64,000 nucleotides of DNA from Blastocystis sp. Blastoise. Lineage: Eukaryota > Protista > Bigyra: Opalinata. The stretch covers positions 62,001-126,000 of the forward strand of contig JBBPEB010000014.1 in the NCBI GenBank assembly GCA_039096225.1, given 5' to 3'. A model generated the notes under the pieces. The model was not told the DNA's origin. It searched no databases and was given only the letters and a program-made list of their open reading frames with translations. Both the position numbers and the translations under genes were made by a program. Shown here piece by piece: positions 13,221-26,439 of the stretch; the stretch's first letter is position 1; every line of letters begins with the position of its first letter.

Positions 13221-13781
13221 ATTAGTCGATTATAAGAAGATCGAAGAAAATATCGATCACTCAAAAATCGTCTTCAGGAGCTCAAAATCGCTACACCTAG
13301 GTTTTCTGACCTCCTGAATCAGAATATGATGTCAAATTAAGAATCTAAATTTGACCGTTAAGGCCTCACGTGTTCAATATGAAAAAGTATTAAAAAATAG
13401 ATAAATATAAAGAATAAACACGGATAACGTATATTGTGGGATTGAGAAAAAATCAAGTTTACCCCATGTTTATTTTCCAATTGTCTGGTCAACAATTTTT
13501 ATCGGGGTCATCCCAAAGAGCCAATCAAAAACGACTCAAAAATCATGTTTTCTGTTCTTTTATTAATAACTTTTTAGTTATAAATAATATCGCTTAACTA
13601 AATATACGGTGCACAACTACACGTTATATCGTATTGAACTGTATTTCACTCAAAAGTTAACTCCCCGTAAGTTTAGAGGAGTTGCGGCGACAAACTATAG
13701 TATATAGTAGCCAATCAAATGCATTCTCCAAAAACTGACCAATGGGAATTTTTTTGCCTATTCTCATATATATAGTAATGA

Positions 13782-14015
13782 TTATATTAATAAAGGTTAT
13801 ACTTTATATTAATTAATATATATCATACTATACTATATGTATGTATTATTTTATTAATAAAGGTTATACTTTATATTAATTAATATATATCATACTATAC
13901 TATATGTATGTATTATTATATTAACAAAGGTTATACTTTATATTAATTAATATATCATACTATATCTATGACTTATATTATATTAATAAAGGTTATACTT
14001 TATATTAATTAATAA
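13782..14015. repeat. ~60-bp tandem array, right part
   Basis: About 4 further units in the same orientation as 6985-7422. Confidence 0.9.
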
Positions 14016-14122
14016 TTACTTCAACAACCATAACAATGAAAGTTAATTTATATAATACACAACTAAACTTTATTCTAAACTTAAACATAATATAATTAAT
14101 ATCTAACTATTAATATATATAG

Positions 14123-14795
14123 GTTCCAATAAGGATAAAATAAATAATAATGATTTATCTAAATCATTTGGTTTTAACACTAAACCTTTAGCTTTGTTTT
14201 CGACTTTTAATATACAAAATAATATTCCTTTACAAAACATTCAAAACAATAATTCAAATAACAATATTGATATTGATATAGATAATGATTATTCACAAAT
14301 AAATAATAATAATTCTATGTTAAATAATGGTTCAAACCTATTCAATCAAATGAATCCAGTTAATCAATCAATTAATAACATATCTATTGTTCAAAGTCAA
14401 ATTAATAATAATAATCAATCTATTCCTATATCAACTACTATTATACAACCTACAGAAAAAAATACTTTTGTTTCTAATAATAATAATGATTCTATTAATA
14501 CTTCTTCACACTCTTTACCTGTTGTTACTACTATTCCAACTGATGTAAGTATATCTAACAATAATAATTCTGCAATCATTAATGATAATACGAATCATTC
14601 TATAAATAGCATTAATACTAATAATAATGAAACAATAATACAAAGAAATAATAGATCTATTAATTCTATCATGAATAGTTATTTAACTATTCCTGATTTA
14701 AGTCCTATTCTTCCTCCTTTAAGTTTGATAACAAATATTCCTCATATTAATTTAAATAATGATAATGAATCAGAAATTATAACAACAATACCTAA

Positions 14796-14853
<58 letters not shown>

Positions 14854-17800
14854 TTTTCTGATAATGATTCTGATTCTGATTATATTGATCCTTTTCCTGA
14901 TATCAATAGTAATACTCAAAACAATGATGAAATACCAGTTGTAAGAACTATTAGAAGACCTATAACAGATAATAGTATTTTTTTTATTATTTAAATATAT
15001 TTATTTAATACTTTTTTATAGTTGAAGAAGACATAACTATTCATCCTATTATTAATAGAGGAAGAAGAAGAGCTTTAGATATTTGTATGATATTTATATT
15101 CTATAATTCTTTATGAATAATTAAATAATAAAATTATTTTTATAGATAATCAACAAAGATTATTATATCCTGGATTACATAATTGTATTGCTTCTATTCA
15201 AAGAAGTATTTATATATATTTAATATTTATTTTATATTATTTTATATAGATTCTCATGGTGATTTTGTTTTAAATGAAGCATTGAATACTTATAAAGCTA
15301 ATTATTTAGGTGATTTTAATGTTCATTGTGAATATTGTCATGCTAAACATTTTGAATTAGAGAAAGGAATGAATGATAAGTTTTATACTTGCTGTGGTAG
15401 TGGTAAAGTAGTTCTTCCTGAACTTCCTGATCTTCCTAATACTATTCGTTCTTTGTTAAGAAGAGATAATCCAGATTCAAGAGAATTTATTAATAATATA
15501 ATTCGATATAATAATTCTGTTGCTTTAGCTTCTTTAGCTGGAAATAATACTTCTGATGATGATTTAAGAAATTCTTCTGGACCTTTACTATTTAAATGTG
15601 GAGGTAATATATATCATACTTTTAAGAGTGCTTTAGATTTTGATGTGAATGATCCTACAAGACATCCTGTATTCAATCAGTATTATATGATAGATGGAGA
15701 TGAAGCTACTCATATGAGAAGTATGAATCGATATTTTTGTGATTTAAAACCAAATATTTTAGAGATATTAGATAGTACAATAAGAGAATATCATCCATTA
15801 GCTCAAATATATAATTCACTTCGAGAAAGAGTAGATGAAGTAATAGAAGAGAATAGCCAAATGAATAGAAATAATATTAATTTATTAATAGAGTTTAAGA
15901 AACAAAGAAGAGAAGTACCTGATATAAGAAGATATAATACTCCTCAAGTAGATGAAGTAGCAGTAATATATCAATATAGAGAAGGAGGAGTAATGCCAGA
16001 AAGAAGTTATTGTTGTTTTCCTAGAAGTGGTATGGAAATAGTAGCTACTAATAGTAATAATGAACAGAATCGTTATACTTCAGGTCAATATATAGTAATG
16101 AAGAATACTAATTCATATATAGATTGTATGGTTTATCCAGTTATGTTTCCAACTGGAAGACAAGGTTGGTATCCAGATTTATTATCATTGAATCGTTCTA
16201 ATCAAATTACTATTACTATGTTAGAATATTATAATTATATGCTTCAAATGAAAGATCCACCTTATGATAATTATTTATTAAAATATAAGAAATTAACTTT
16301 ACAATATATTACTGATAATTATATCCGTGTTGAACAATATAGATTGAATTATATACGAAATAATCAAAATAAGTTAAGAGCTTCAACTTATCAGAATATA
16401 AATAATATGTTAGAAGAGAGAGGAGATCAAATAAATGAGAATGATAGAAATATAGATAGAATAGGTAAAGCTATTATATTACCTTCTTCTTTTGTTGGTA
16501 GTCCAAGAAATTTACAACAGAAATATATGGATGCTATGAGTGTAGTTCGAGAATATGGTAAACCTGATTTATTTATTACATTTACTTGCAATCCAGATTG
16601 GTTAGAAATTAAGAATAATATTCCAGAAGGTTATACTGTTAATGAATTTCCAGATTTAGTTTCAAGAGTGTTTCATTTAAAGTTGAAACAATTACTTTCT
16701 GATATAAAGGATAAGAATATATTTGGTACTGTAGAAGCTTTATTATATTCAGTAGAATTCCAAAAGAGAGGTTTACCACATTCTCATATATTAATTATTT
16801 TAGATACGAATTCTAAATATAGAACAGAAGATGAAGTAGATAGTATAATAAGTGCAGAGATTCCTGATAAAGAATCAACTCCTCTTCTTTATGAATTAGT
16901 TAAGAAACATATGATTCATGGTCCATGTGGTCCTGATTATGATACGAATTGTGTTTGTATTGATAGATCAACAGGTAAATGTAGTAAGAGATTTCCAAAA
17001 GAATATATAGAGCAAACTAACTGTCATTTAAATTCTTATCCTTTATATCAAAGAAGAAATATTCCTGATAGAACTATTACTCTTATTCGTAGTCACAATA
17101 CTTATACTATTGATAATCGTTGGGTAGTTCCTTATAATCCTTATTTATTATTGAAATATCAAGCTCATATTAATGTAGAAGTATGTTGTAATATTCAAAG
17201 TACAAAATATATATATAAATATGCATTAAAAGGAAATGATTCTGTGATAGCTCAATTACGAAGAGTGAATGATAATGGAATAGTAGACGAAACTCAAGCT
17301 TATTTAGATTGTCGATATGTTTCTCCTCCTGAAGCTTCTTATCGTTTGAATTGTTTTGAAATTACTTATAATTCTGTTTCTATTAATAGATTACCTATTC
17401 ATTTACCTGATGATCCATATATATTATTTCGAGAAGGACATGAAGAAGAAGCATTAAGAAATAGTTTAGAGAAAGGTACTAAATTAACAAAATACTTTGA
17501 TTTAGAGAAAGAAGTTCAGAATCAAAGAAAGATATATACTTATTATTATATAGAGAAGAAGCATGGTATTCGTAATATGAATAATGTAGAAGAAGAAAGA
17601 GAATTGATTCAAGTTCGTTTAGAAGAGATAAATAGAATAAATAGTTATGAAGTAGATGATGATAATATATCCGAAGAATTATTGAAAATATTAGATGAGA
17701 AATATCCTATTTATGCTTATCATGAAATACCAAAATATTATGTATGGAAATCGAATACAAATACTTGGAATAGACGTCAGAGAGATATAAAAGCTTTAGG

Positions 17801-19862
17801 AAGAATGTATTATGTGAATCCAAAAGATAAAGAACGATATGCTTTGAGATTATTATTATTGAATACGAAAGGAGCTGATAGTTTTGATTCTTTGAAGATA
17901 GTAAAAGGATTGAATCGTAATGAACCTTATAGAACCTTTAGTGAAGCAGCTATAGCAAGAGGATTATTGAATAATGAGAGAGAAGTATTTGATTCCTTTT
18001 CAGAAGCTATTGTTTTTGCTACTCCATGTCAATTGAGACAATTATTTATTACTTATATTTCAGAATCATTATTAACAAATGTGAAAGAGTTTTGGATTCG
18101 ATTTAAATCATTTCTTAGTGAGGATTATAAACATTCAATGCATAATAATGAAATAGATTATATAAATACTCCTTTAGCTCAAGATTTAGATTCATCAAGT
18201 GTTATAGAAGATGATACTAATAGTGTTCTTCAAGATTATGAAATACGTACTTTACAAGATATAAAAGAGATGATGATAAGTATAGGAGTGAATTATAATG
18301 ATTTAGGATTACCTCAAGTAGAAGAACAACATCATTATAATGATTATAATTATAATCCTACTTTAGAATTACAAGAAGCTAATAGAGTAATAGAATTATT
18401 AAATGAAGAACAAAGAAATGCATTTGATAGAGTAATTCATTCAATAGAAAGTAGTAGAATAGAAGATAAGTTATGTTTCTTTATTGATGGTCCAGGTGGA
18501 AGTGGAAAGACTTTCTTATATAATAGTTTATTAAGTTATTTACGTGGATATAATAAGAATGTATTACCTGTAGCTTCAACAGGAATTGCTTCTACTTTAT
18601 TACCAGGTGGTAGAACAGCTCATAAACAATTTGGTATTCCTTTGAATGTTGATCCTGATTCTACTTCAAATATAGATTTAGCTAGAGATAGAAGAAAAGT
18701 AGAAGAAATAAGAATAGCTGATTTAATAATATGGGATGAAGCTCCTATGATGAAAGGTGATTGTTTTATGGTAGTACATAGATTATTATGTGATATAATG
18801 AATACAGAATTAGATATTCCTTTTGGTGGTAAAACAGTAGTATTAGGAGGAGATTTCAGACAATGTTTACCAGTTATAAGAAAAGGAACTCAAGCTCAGA
18901 TTGTTAGTTCTTCTATAAAGTTTTGTTCATTATGGAATTCTATCAAAAATAATGTTATTCATTTATCGAGAAATATGAGAGCTTTAGAAGGAGCAGATGA
19001 TTTTAGACAATGGTTATTACAAGTAGGAGATGGTGTTCTTTCTAATAATTATACTATTAGTCATCATTTAGATATAGATTATATTCCTATTCCTCCTCAA
19101 TGTATTGTAAATGATGATTTATGTGTTACTGTATTTGGACATAGAATCAATACTTCTCTTGATTCTGATATCAAACGATTAGCTTCTTCTGTTATATTAG
19201 CTTCTACTAATGATTGTGTTGGTACTTTAAATGATTTCATTGTTGATAATCTTCTTTCTGGAACTACTATTCCTTATATCTCTTCTGATTCTATTCTTGA
19301 TTCTGAAACAGATGATCCAGAATCAAATTATCCTATCGAGTTTATTAATTCTCAAACACCTTCTGGAATGCCTCCTCATATATTAAATTTAAAAATAGGT
19401 TGTATCATTATGCTTTTAAGAAATCTTAATCCTTCTAAAGGATTATGTAATGGTACTAGACTTATAGTTACTCGATTAGGATCAAATAATATTACTGCTA
19501 CTATTTTAAATCCTCCTCCTTCTCTTACTATTGATGAACGTACTGTTATTATTCCAAGAATCATCTGTAATTCAAATCCTGAAGATCTTCCTATTATTAT
19601 ATCCAGAAGACAATTTCCTATTCGTTTAGCCTTTGCAATGACTATTAACAAATCTCAAGGACAAACATTTGAAAGAGTTGGTGTTTATTTAGATCGTCCT
19701 GTCTTCTCTCATGGTCAACTCTATGTTGCTTTCAGTCGTGCTCGATCTTTCAATTCCCTTTTTATTAAGGTAGTTGATAGTGTTTCTCAAGGTAAGATGA
19801 TTAGTAGTAGTAATGAAATATTTACTAAGAACGTGGTCTTCAGGTCTACTCTAAATAATTAA
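14123..19862 (+). CDS. Helitron Rep-helicase (HUH endonuclease + PIF1-like SF1 helicase) with spliced Asn/Ser-rich N-terminal extension
   Basis: Zn-finger-like CEYCHAKHF...TCCGSG; Rep motifs FITFTCNP, VEFQKRGLPHSHIL, KYIYKYALKG; helicase motifs GPGGSGKT, IWDEAPM, GGDFRQCLPV, TINKSQGQTF, FSHGQLYVAFSR. Exons 14123-14974, 15022-15084, 15146-15205 and 15250-19862 join in frame via phase-1 GT-AG introns. True start unresolved. Confidence 0.97.
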
Positions 19863-20023
19863 ATGTTTTCTTTTCTTTTCTCTTCTTTTTGTTTTATTTG
19901 TTTTTTATTATTTATTTAACTTTTTACCTTTTCACTTTTTATTTGTTCTAAAAATGTTTTTAATAAACAAGATTGTTTTGTTAGCCCTTATTTAATACAT
20001 ATTTTAAAACCCAACTGAACAAC

Positions 20024-20073
20024 GCAGCCGCGGCGCGTCGCCGTTAGGCGGTGCGCCAGCGGCGTTACCCTAG
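20024..20073 (+). terminator. Helitron 3' terminal hairpin + CTAG of the outer element
   Basis: GCCGC GGCGCGTC GCC gtta GGC GGTGCGCC a GCGGC gttacc CTAG|T. Confidence 0.93.
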
Positions 20074-20160
20074 TTAAAATAAATAAAAATTAAATAAATA
20101 TTTAATATAGGAAAATAAAAAAAAAGAAAAATGTTAATGCAAACGAAAAAAAATATATAC

Positions 20161-20485
20161 GATATTTATATACTATTGATAACATATTTGGTTGTTGTTT
20201 GACAGTGTTTTGAGTTAGTAGAACCGAAAAAAAACCTAAAAAAAAATAAAAAAGAAATGGAAAAAAATACCTTGTTAAACAAAAGTAGCAGCAACTCTGT
20301 TGATTAAATTTTTGAGGTTGACCAAGGAGACAGTCTGATACGAAGAGGGACTCCAGAATGGAAAACCTAAAAGAATTATGAAAATAAATATAAAATATTT
20401 AATAAATAAATACTGACACAATACATTCTTGTCTTCTAAACATACATAAACACTGTGAGAGGCTCTAATTCCTCTTAGAGACAAT
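20161..20485 (-). pseudogene. Probable upstream exons of the host gene interrupted by the Helitron
   Basis: GT-AG-bounded blocks at ~20271-20366 and ~20161-20235. The donor at 20160 and the branch/acceptor at ~1445/1423 bracket the Helitron. Frame could not be resolved. Confidence 0.35.
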
Positions 20486-21566
20486 AAAATAAAAATAATT
20501 ATAAATTCACTAATAAATTCAAATGTTCAAGTGAAATACAAAATTTTTCATGAAAATACCTTTCTTTATTTTTTTTTAATTTTTTATGACTCACTATCAT
20601 ATTTATAAGTTATGACACGTTTCACACTACACCATCTATACAATACTACTGCATCCCACACTTTTAACCTTTAAAAAAATAACTCATTTTTGTTGACTCT
20701 CTGATCTGTTGACTAACTCGTCCAAAAACTATTAATTATAACTTAAAATGTCCATCCGTTGAAGAATTAACTCTAAAAATGACTTAAAAAAAGACTTTTA
20801 GTTGATTCTGAAAAATAACCCTTTATTTATAAGCTTTGACATACTCTTTGTATGCGGAACTTTAAGTCATGATAGAATAAAATAAAAAAAGTCTTTTAAA
20901 ATTCTTATGTCCTCTGATATATAATAAAATAAAAATAGACTCAGTTTTGAACAAGAAAATTATTCCCGTAAATATTTTAAAAATTCAAAACTCTGGTCTG
21001 ACTGCCCATGGAACAAATAGGCTCGGTTCAATTTTTCAGTGTAAAAAAAATGTAAATTTTTGACTTTTTGGCTGAATTTTGGTTTTGAGCCATAGAGGTC
21101 AGCTGATTGACTTTTAATTACATTTATGACTCTGAGAGGGTCTTCACTTCAAACACAACTATAAAATATTTTAAAATATTGACCCCATTATTTGTCGGAA
21201 TTGCGACTTTAAAATAAAGAAAAACGTTTTGGATATTGTGTGACCCTCAATAAACAAAAAATAATGTCAATTCTTTATTAAAATATGTCTAATAGGGTTT
21301 TTAAAGTCTAATAGAACGTCGTCTTAAAAATTTTTGTGAAAATTTTCATTTTTTTGCCTAAGTCTTTTTTTTATTCAAATTTTATTGGCTGAATAAGTTC
21401 TGAACGAAAATTAGCCAATCAAAAACCTTCAAAAACTCAAAAGTGCCTACCAGTGATTGTTATATGTCTCGTACTGTTTTTATGTGTTCCTGGCAGTACT
21501 AAATGCGCGGATTCAATTGAATTCAACAGTATTTGATCATTTATATTTTAATTTAATTATTTATAG

Positions 21567-21793
21567 ATCCTGATAAAGATACACTTCCAACATCTAATAA
21601 AGATATTGATATAAGTGAAGATAAAGACAATATTGAAAATCAAAAATCAGTAACAGAAATAATAAATGAAGATGAGAAAGACATTAAAAATCAAAAATCA
21701 GTAACAGAAATAATAAATGAAGATGAGAAAGACATTGAAAATCAAAAATCAGTAACAGATACTACCACAAGCACACCTATCGAAACCCTATAA
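21567..21793 (+). CDS. Isolated terminal exon with 51-bp (17-aa) tandem repeat, acidic; upstream start not found
   Basis: After tttatag: (x)PDKDTLPTSNKDIDISEDKDN-IENQKSVTEIINEDEKD-IKNQKSVTEIINEDEKD-IENQKSVTDTTTSTPIETL*. Confidence 0.4.
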
Positions 21794-23003
21794 TATTATT
21801 CTGTTCTTTCTAAATCATAATCACTATATGTTATTTTAATACTTAGTGATTAAGTACTTCAATAATAATAATATTCAATCCATATACTAACTCTATACTT
21901 GCTATCTTTTTAATTCTTCTATTTTATATTATGTGGCTATAAAAATGAAATACTTGTCATCTGCTTATGATCATCGTTTATATTATTATAATTCATATTC
22001 TTTTGCTAATAATAATTCACTTCTGTTTTCTATTGTTGTTTTATATATTCTATTATTTGATATAGTTTTGTTTTTTTGATATTATTAATATATTTCATTT
22101 TAATAGTCTGATATCATAATAGTAAAAAAGTATTCTTTTATACATATATAGATTCTATAAGAAAAAAAACTATACATTTATTTAGAAAATATATTATTTA
22201 TGAATTATTATTAATATTATTATATATATATATAATTAAATTCTTTGGAGTCTATTCTTAATGAATATTTATATTCATTTTTGGTAAAAAATAATTCAAA
22301 ATGAAATAGCTACATTTTCTTTTAAAAGATCTTATCTTATTTTAGATAATACTAATTATGATGTTTTAACATCTTTTATACAATTTAATAGCACTAGTTT
22401 TCGAATCTATAGATGATAAAATACTACTCTATAAATATATCAAAGAATTAATAATTATATCAATTAAAAATACTATAATTGTTAGTTAATTCTTGTTATA
22501 AATAAATAAATAATCACTTGATATATTTATATATAGAACTAGGATACATATAAAAATACTCTTATGTTAAAAATTATAAATTTATTTTTTAAAAAATAGA
22601 AATATAAAAATAAACTCACTAAAGTAATTGATGATTTGTAATATTAGTATTCAAAGATGTATCATATATTAATGTATTATTTAATTTACAAAACACATAG
22701 TTATATAAAAGCCAATAAGCATAATATAAAATCATGTGTATATTAATTGTTTTTTCTTTTCAATCTCTTATATTACATCGTATGTTAATTAGAAATAAAG
22801 TTCAAACAAAACCATTATTTATATCATAAATCACGAAACCAAAAGAAATAATATCAAAAGAAATAATATCAAAAGAAATATTCAAAAAAAATAACAAATA
22901 AAAAAACAACATATATATATAAAAAAATACATAAGAAAATATCACATATATATTTTTTTTTAAAAAGATTTACTATTTAATTATTATAAATATTAAATTC
23001 AAT

Positions 23004-24326
23004 TTATTCAACCTGAGTAAGTATAGGTACAGTAGCAGGTATAGTTTCAGTTACAGGTACAATTACAGGTATCGATTCAATTACAGGTTGTTCTTCAAGA
23101 AGAGCAGTTTGAGTAGAATCTTCTGACTTTTTATGTTTCTTAATATCCAGACATTGTAATATAATAACAAGAATAATAGAGATAACACCAAATCCAGGAG
23201 TTACTTTATAAGCCCACTCAGCACCTAATTTATCATTCATATAACCAAGAGGGAATTGAGCAATAGATTGTAATAAGGATTGAATAGGACATATAATACT
23301 GATAGGAATTGGAGCTAAATTACCAAAGTAATGAATAAACATACATATACAGCCAGGCCAGAAAAGACCAGTAAAAATACCAGTACAAGAAAAAGCCCAT
23401 AATCCATTTTCTTTTAATAAGAAACCAATAATAAATAATAGAATAGTTCCTACCAAATTAATATACATCATAGTATAATTACCAATTTTATCAGTAATAA
23501 ATCCACCAAATAAACGAGCTAATGTGAATAGTACATACATAGCAGTAACATATTTAGAACCTTCTGTACCTGGATCTATACCATATACATCCTCTATATA
23601 TAAGCCAAGCCAATTCGTAGTAGCACGTTCAACCATAGCAATCATCATTAAAACAAGAGAACAATACCATACCATAGGAGAACGTAAACATTTACCCGTA
23701 GTCATTTTTTCATCTTTATTTTCTGATTTATCTTCTTTCGTAGGATAATTCACAATAAAGGGACAAAATATAACGTATATGAAAAGAATAGCAATTGGAA
23801 TACTAAGACCAATATAAATACCACGAAAAGAAGCATCACGAAACATATTATAAATCCAACCAGCATATAAAGGAGACGCACTAGCACCAACTCCATAGAA
23901 AAAATTTATTATCGATATATGAGCAGTTGTATGTTCAGTAAAGATAGTAGATCCAAGAGTTGTACAAGCTATATCATTAAATCCAACACCCATTGTTGCT
24001 AACATTTGAGTTACTATAGCAAGCCAATATGCATTTGAAAAAGAAGTAGACAAACAACCAATAAGACCACCAGCAAATCCAAGAATAAGAACTAATTTAA
24101 AACCCCATCTCTCTTGAAGTAAAGCCCCAATAAAAGCAAAAATTAAATAGCCAAAAGTACCACTAGAAGTGAATATAGCATACTCACTATATGAAACATT
24201 AAATTCATCACGAATCAATGGACCTGTAATACTCTTTGCATTATCTATCCAACCTTGACATATCATACCACAGTAGATAGCTACAGTTAAAATCCAGAAA
24301 TTCTTCTTAGGTAATGTCTCAACCAT
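23004..24326 (-). CDS. Major facilitator superfamily transporter (intronless)
   Basis: ~12 hydrophobic segments, MFS motif-A-like GALLQERWGFK and GGFITDKIG; likely start MVETLPKK at 24326. Confidence 0.9.
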   Translation of the reverse strand: MVETLPKKNFWILTVAIYCGMICQGWIDNAKSITGPLIRDEFNVSYSEYAIFTSSGTFGYLIFAFIGALLQERWGFKLVLILGFAGGLIGCLSTSFSNAYWLAIVTQMLATMGVGFNDIACTTLGSTIFTEHTTAHISIINFFYGVGASASPLYAGWIYNMFRDASFRGIYIGLSIPIAILFIYVIFCPFIVNYPTKEDKSENKDEKMTTGKCLRSPMVWYCSLVLMMIAMVERATTNWLGLYIEDVYGIDPGTEGSKYVTAMYVLFTLARLFGGFITDKIGNYTMMYINLVGTILLFIIGFLLKENGLWAFSCTGIFTGLFWPGCICMFIHYFGNLAPIPISIICPIQSLLQSIAQFPLGYMNDKLGAEWAYKVTPGFGVISIILVIILQCLDIKKHKKSEDSTQTALLEEQPVIESIPVIVPVTETIPATVPILTQVE

Positions 24327-26439
24327 GATAAACGACGATAACAAAAAAACAAATAAACAACAAACATGAAATGCTGTTCTATCAATCAATTTATGAAAAC
24401 CACAAAAACGATATTGAGAAATACCAGTCATTTCGACATTTTTTGAGTGGTCTTCAATAATGTTCCTATAATTTTTATTTGGTTTTAAGAGAAAGAATCG
24501 AATTTATTCGTGGAATACGTTTTACTTATTGTTAAGAATATGAATGGTGTTTCTTTGAATCAAGCCGTATTAATGTGTAAAATTCCCATGGAACAATTCT
24601 CATAATAAGCTCTCTTTTCATTTTTGTTAAAATACAGAAAAAAATGTAGAATAACAATCTAATTCTATTTTATGAATCGTTTATAATAAAGAATTCTTAT
24701 TGAATAGAATTATTTATAGCCATTAAGAAATAAGAAGAACGTATATTCTATAATGGTATTCATATCTATCGTTTTTACATCAGTGTAACATAATCTCTAG
24801 GAAATGATAAGAATAGCATGTGAAGGTAGGTGTTCTAGTATTTTTACATACTCTTGGAACCATGGAAATACATTTTTTATTTTAATTATGAACTTGAGTT
24901 TTGGCGGCAAATTGACTATTCAACTTAATATGAAAACCATATTTTTTCTATAACTATCTTCTTTCTTTAGACGAACTGAACCATAAAAGTGTAAAATCAC
25001 CCAGTTTTACTAATTTATTTACCATTGAAACTTGTTCTTATAATACTATTCGTAAAACACAATCACTGTACTGTTATTCATATATACAGATACCCAAAAG
25101 AAATGTTCTATTTATTAGAATCTTGTTATAATAAATAATTGTGACATGTCATAGGAAACATTAATATTCTGTATATATTATGATAATACACAATGTTTTT
25201 ATTAATCTATAAAATGATAATGACAATAATTTTGCCAAAAGAAAAGCATAATCACCAATTGATTGATGATATATTTTACTGCTTGTTACATAATTGGATC
25301 CCATTGATAGTAGAATAATGTATAAACATGGTCTGAAAATATCTTTGATTTATTTCCAGGCAATCTAACATTAGCATAATTTTTTTTTAAATTCTTTAAA
25401 AAAATAAAAATATTTTAAAATTCATTACATAATCAAATATACAACCTATATATTCTTATATAAATCATGATTGTAACACTTGTTTTCATAGAATAATTTT
25501 TACAAAACCTGGTTTGTTTTCAAGGTATAACGACACAACACATTGACACTGATTTGCATAATCTTTATTTTCATTTTTTGTTTACATTATTGTAAGCATA
25601 CAAAAGGTCTCAATGAACCAAGTCTACGTAAATAAAAAATATTTCTCATTTCATCTACTCCCACATCATGTATCCATTTTTAATATAGTTTCGCCTATAA
25701 TTCTCCTCACTTCAATTCTATTTTATCGAGACCGTAATAACATCACAATAAGCATAACTTTAAAACATATCCACACATAAACTATACTTCCTTTATTCTT
25801 TTGTTGTTCATCTCAAAACGGCAGTCCTATCCTTTAATATTTCAAATATTCTACTTTCAAACAAACACTTTTCATAGCAATTAATCAGCAAGTATTGTTT
25901 CTCTCTATTTATTTACATACTCTTACCTTTTAGACAATGGCACTAGCACAAAACGAATTCTGTTTACACAATAAATGCAATATCAATCTAAAATCTTTGA
26001 GAAGTCTTTTATTTGAAAAAAAAAAACATTTTTCATCTGGTTTTATTCCATTTTTTTAAGAATTATTAATATTTCATTTGAAAAACCATTTGGTTTTCGT
26101 TTAGCTGTTTAGATTTTTCATTTGTTTTTTAAATAAATCAATTTTTTCTAGAACTTTTTCTTTTGAGAAATATCTATAAATTTTTTGTGATATCCTTTTT
26201 AGAAATGTTGATATTATTTCCCACGTAAATAACAGTTTTTGAAAACAGAAAAGATTTCGAAACAACATCATATTTTTAGCAAATCATTTTCTTTATATTT
26301 TCATTTATTCATCATAATGAGTATATATTCAGCTAATACTCTTATTATCTAAAAAAACAGCTTACGCGGGCTTTTGTCATTATGTGTTTTCTTATTATTT
26401 CAAAAGTATTTTATCTATAAAAAAAATAATAAAACTAGA

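Larger units (their letters stand above)
7423..13781 (-). mobile_element. Nested non-autonomous Helitron (6359 bp), opposite orientation
   Basis: On the minus strand it starts A|TCATTACTATATATATGAG (13781) and ends hairpin (7469-7433) + CCCTAG|T (7423). Removing it restores the repeat unit tatgtatta|ttatattaataaagg. No RepHel. Confidence 0.92.
1464..20073 (+). mobile_element. Autonomous Helitron (outer element, 18.6 kb including the nested element)
   Basis: 5' end A|TCATTACTATTATAAAG at 1463|1464; 3' end GC-rich hairpin 20027-20063 then CTAG|T at 20070-20073|20074; no TSD; encodes RepHel. The 5' boundary is independently fixed by where homology with the nested element begins. Confidence 0.92.

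Noticed and set aside
1464-13781. Large inverted repeats read as TIRs of a Polinton/foldback or TIR transposon
   Set aside because: Each arm starts with a Helitron TC end and has its own hairpin-CTAG end; nesting explains the symmetry; no TSD, integrase or polB.
19376-19651. Antisense ORFs overlapping RepHel, MFS, the secreted protein, RPS18 and LRR genes
   Set aside because: Shadow frames of real coding sequences, with no independent evidence.
20520-21500. Possible additional transposon fragment
   Set aside because: Slightly more complex sequence with CCAAT-like motifs, but no termini, ORF or convincing match to the Helitron; may be promoter or intergenic DNA.
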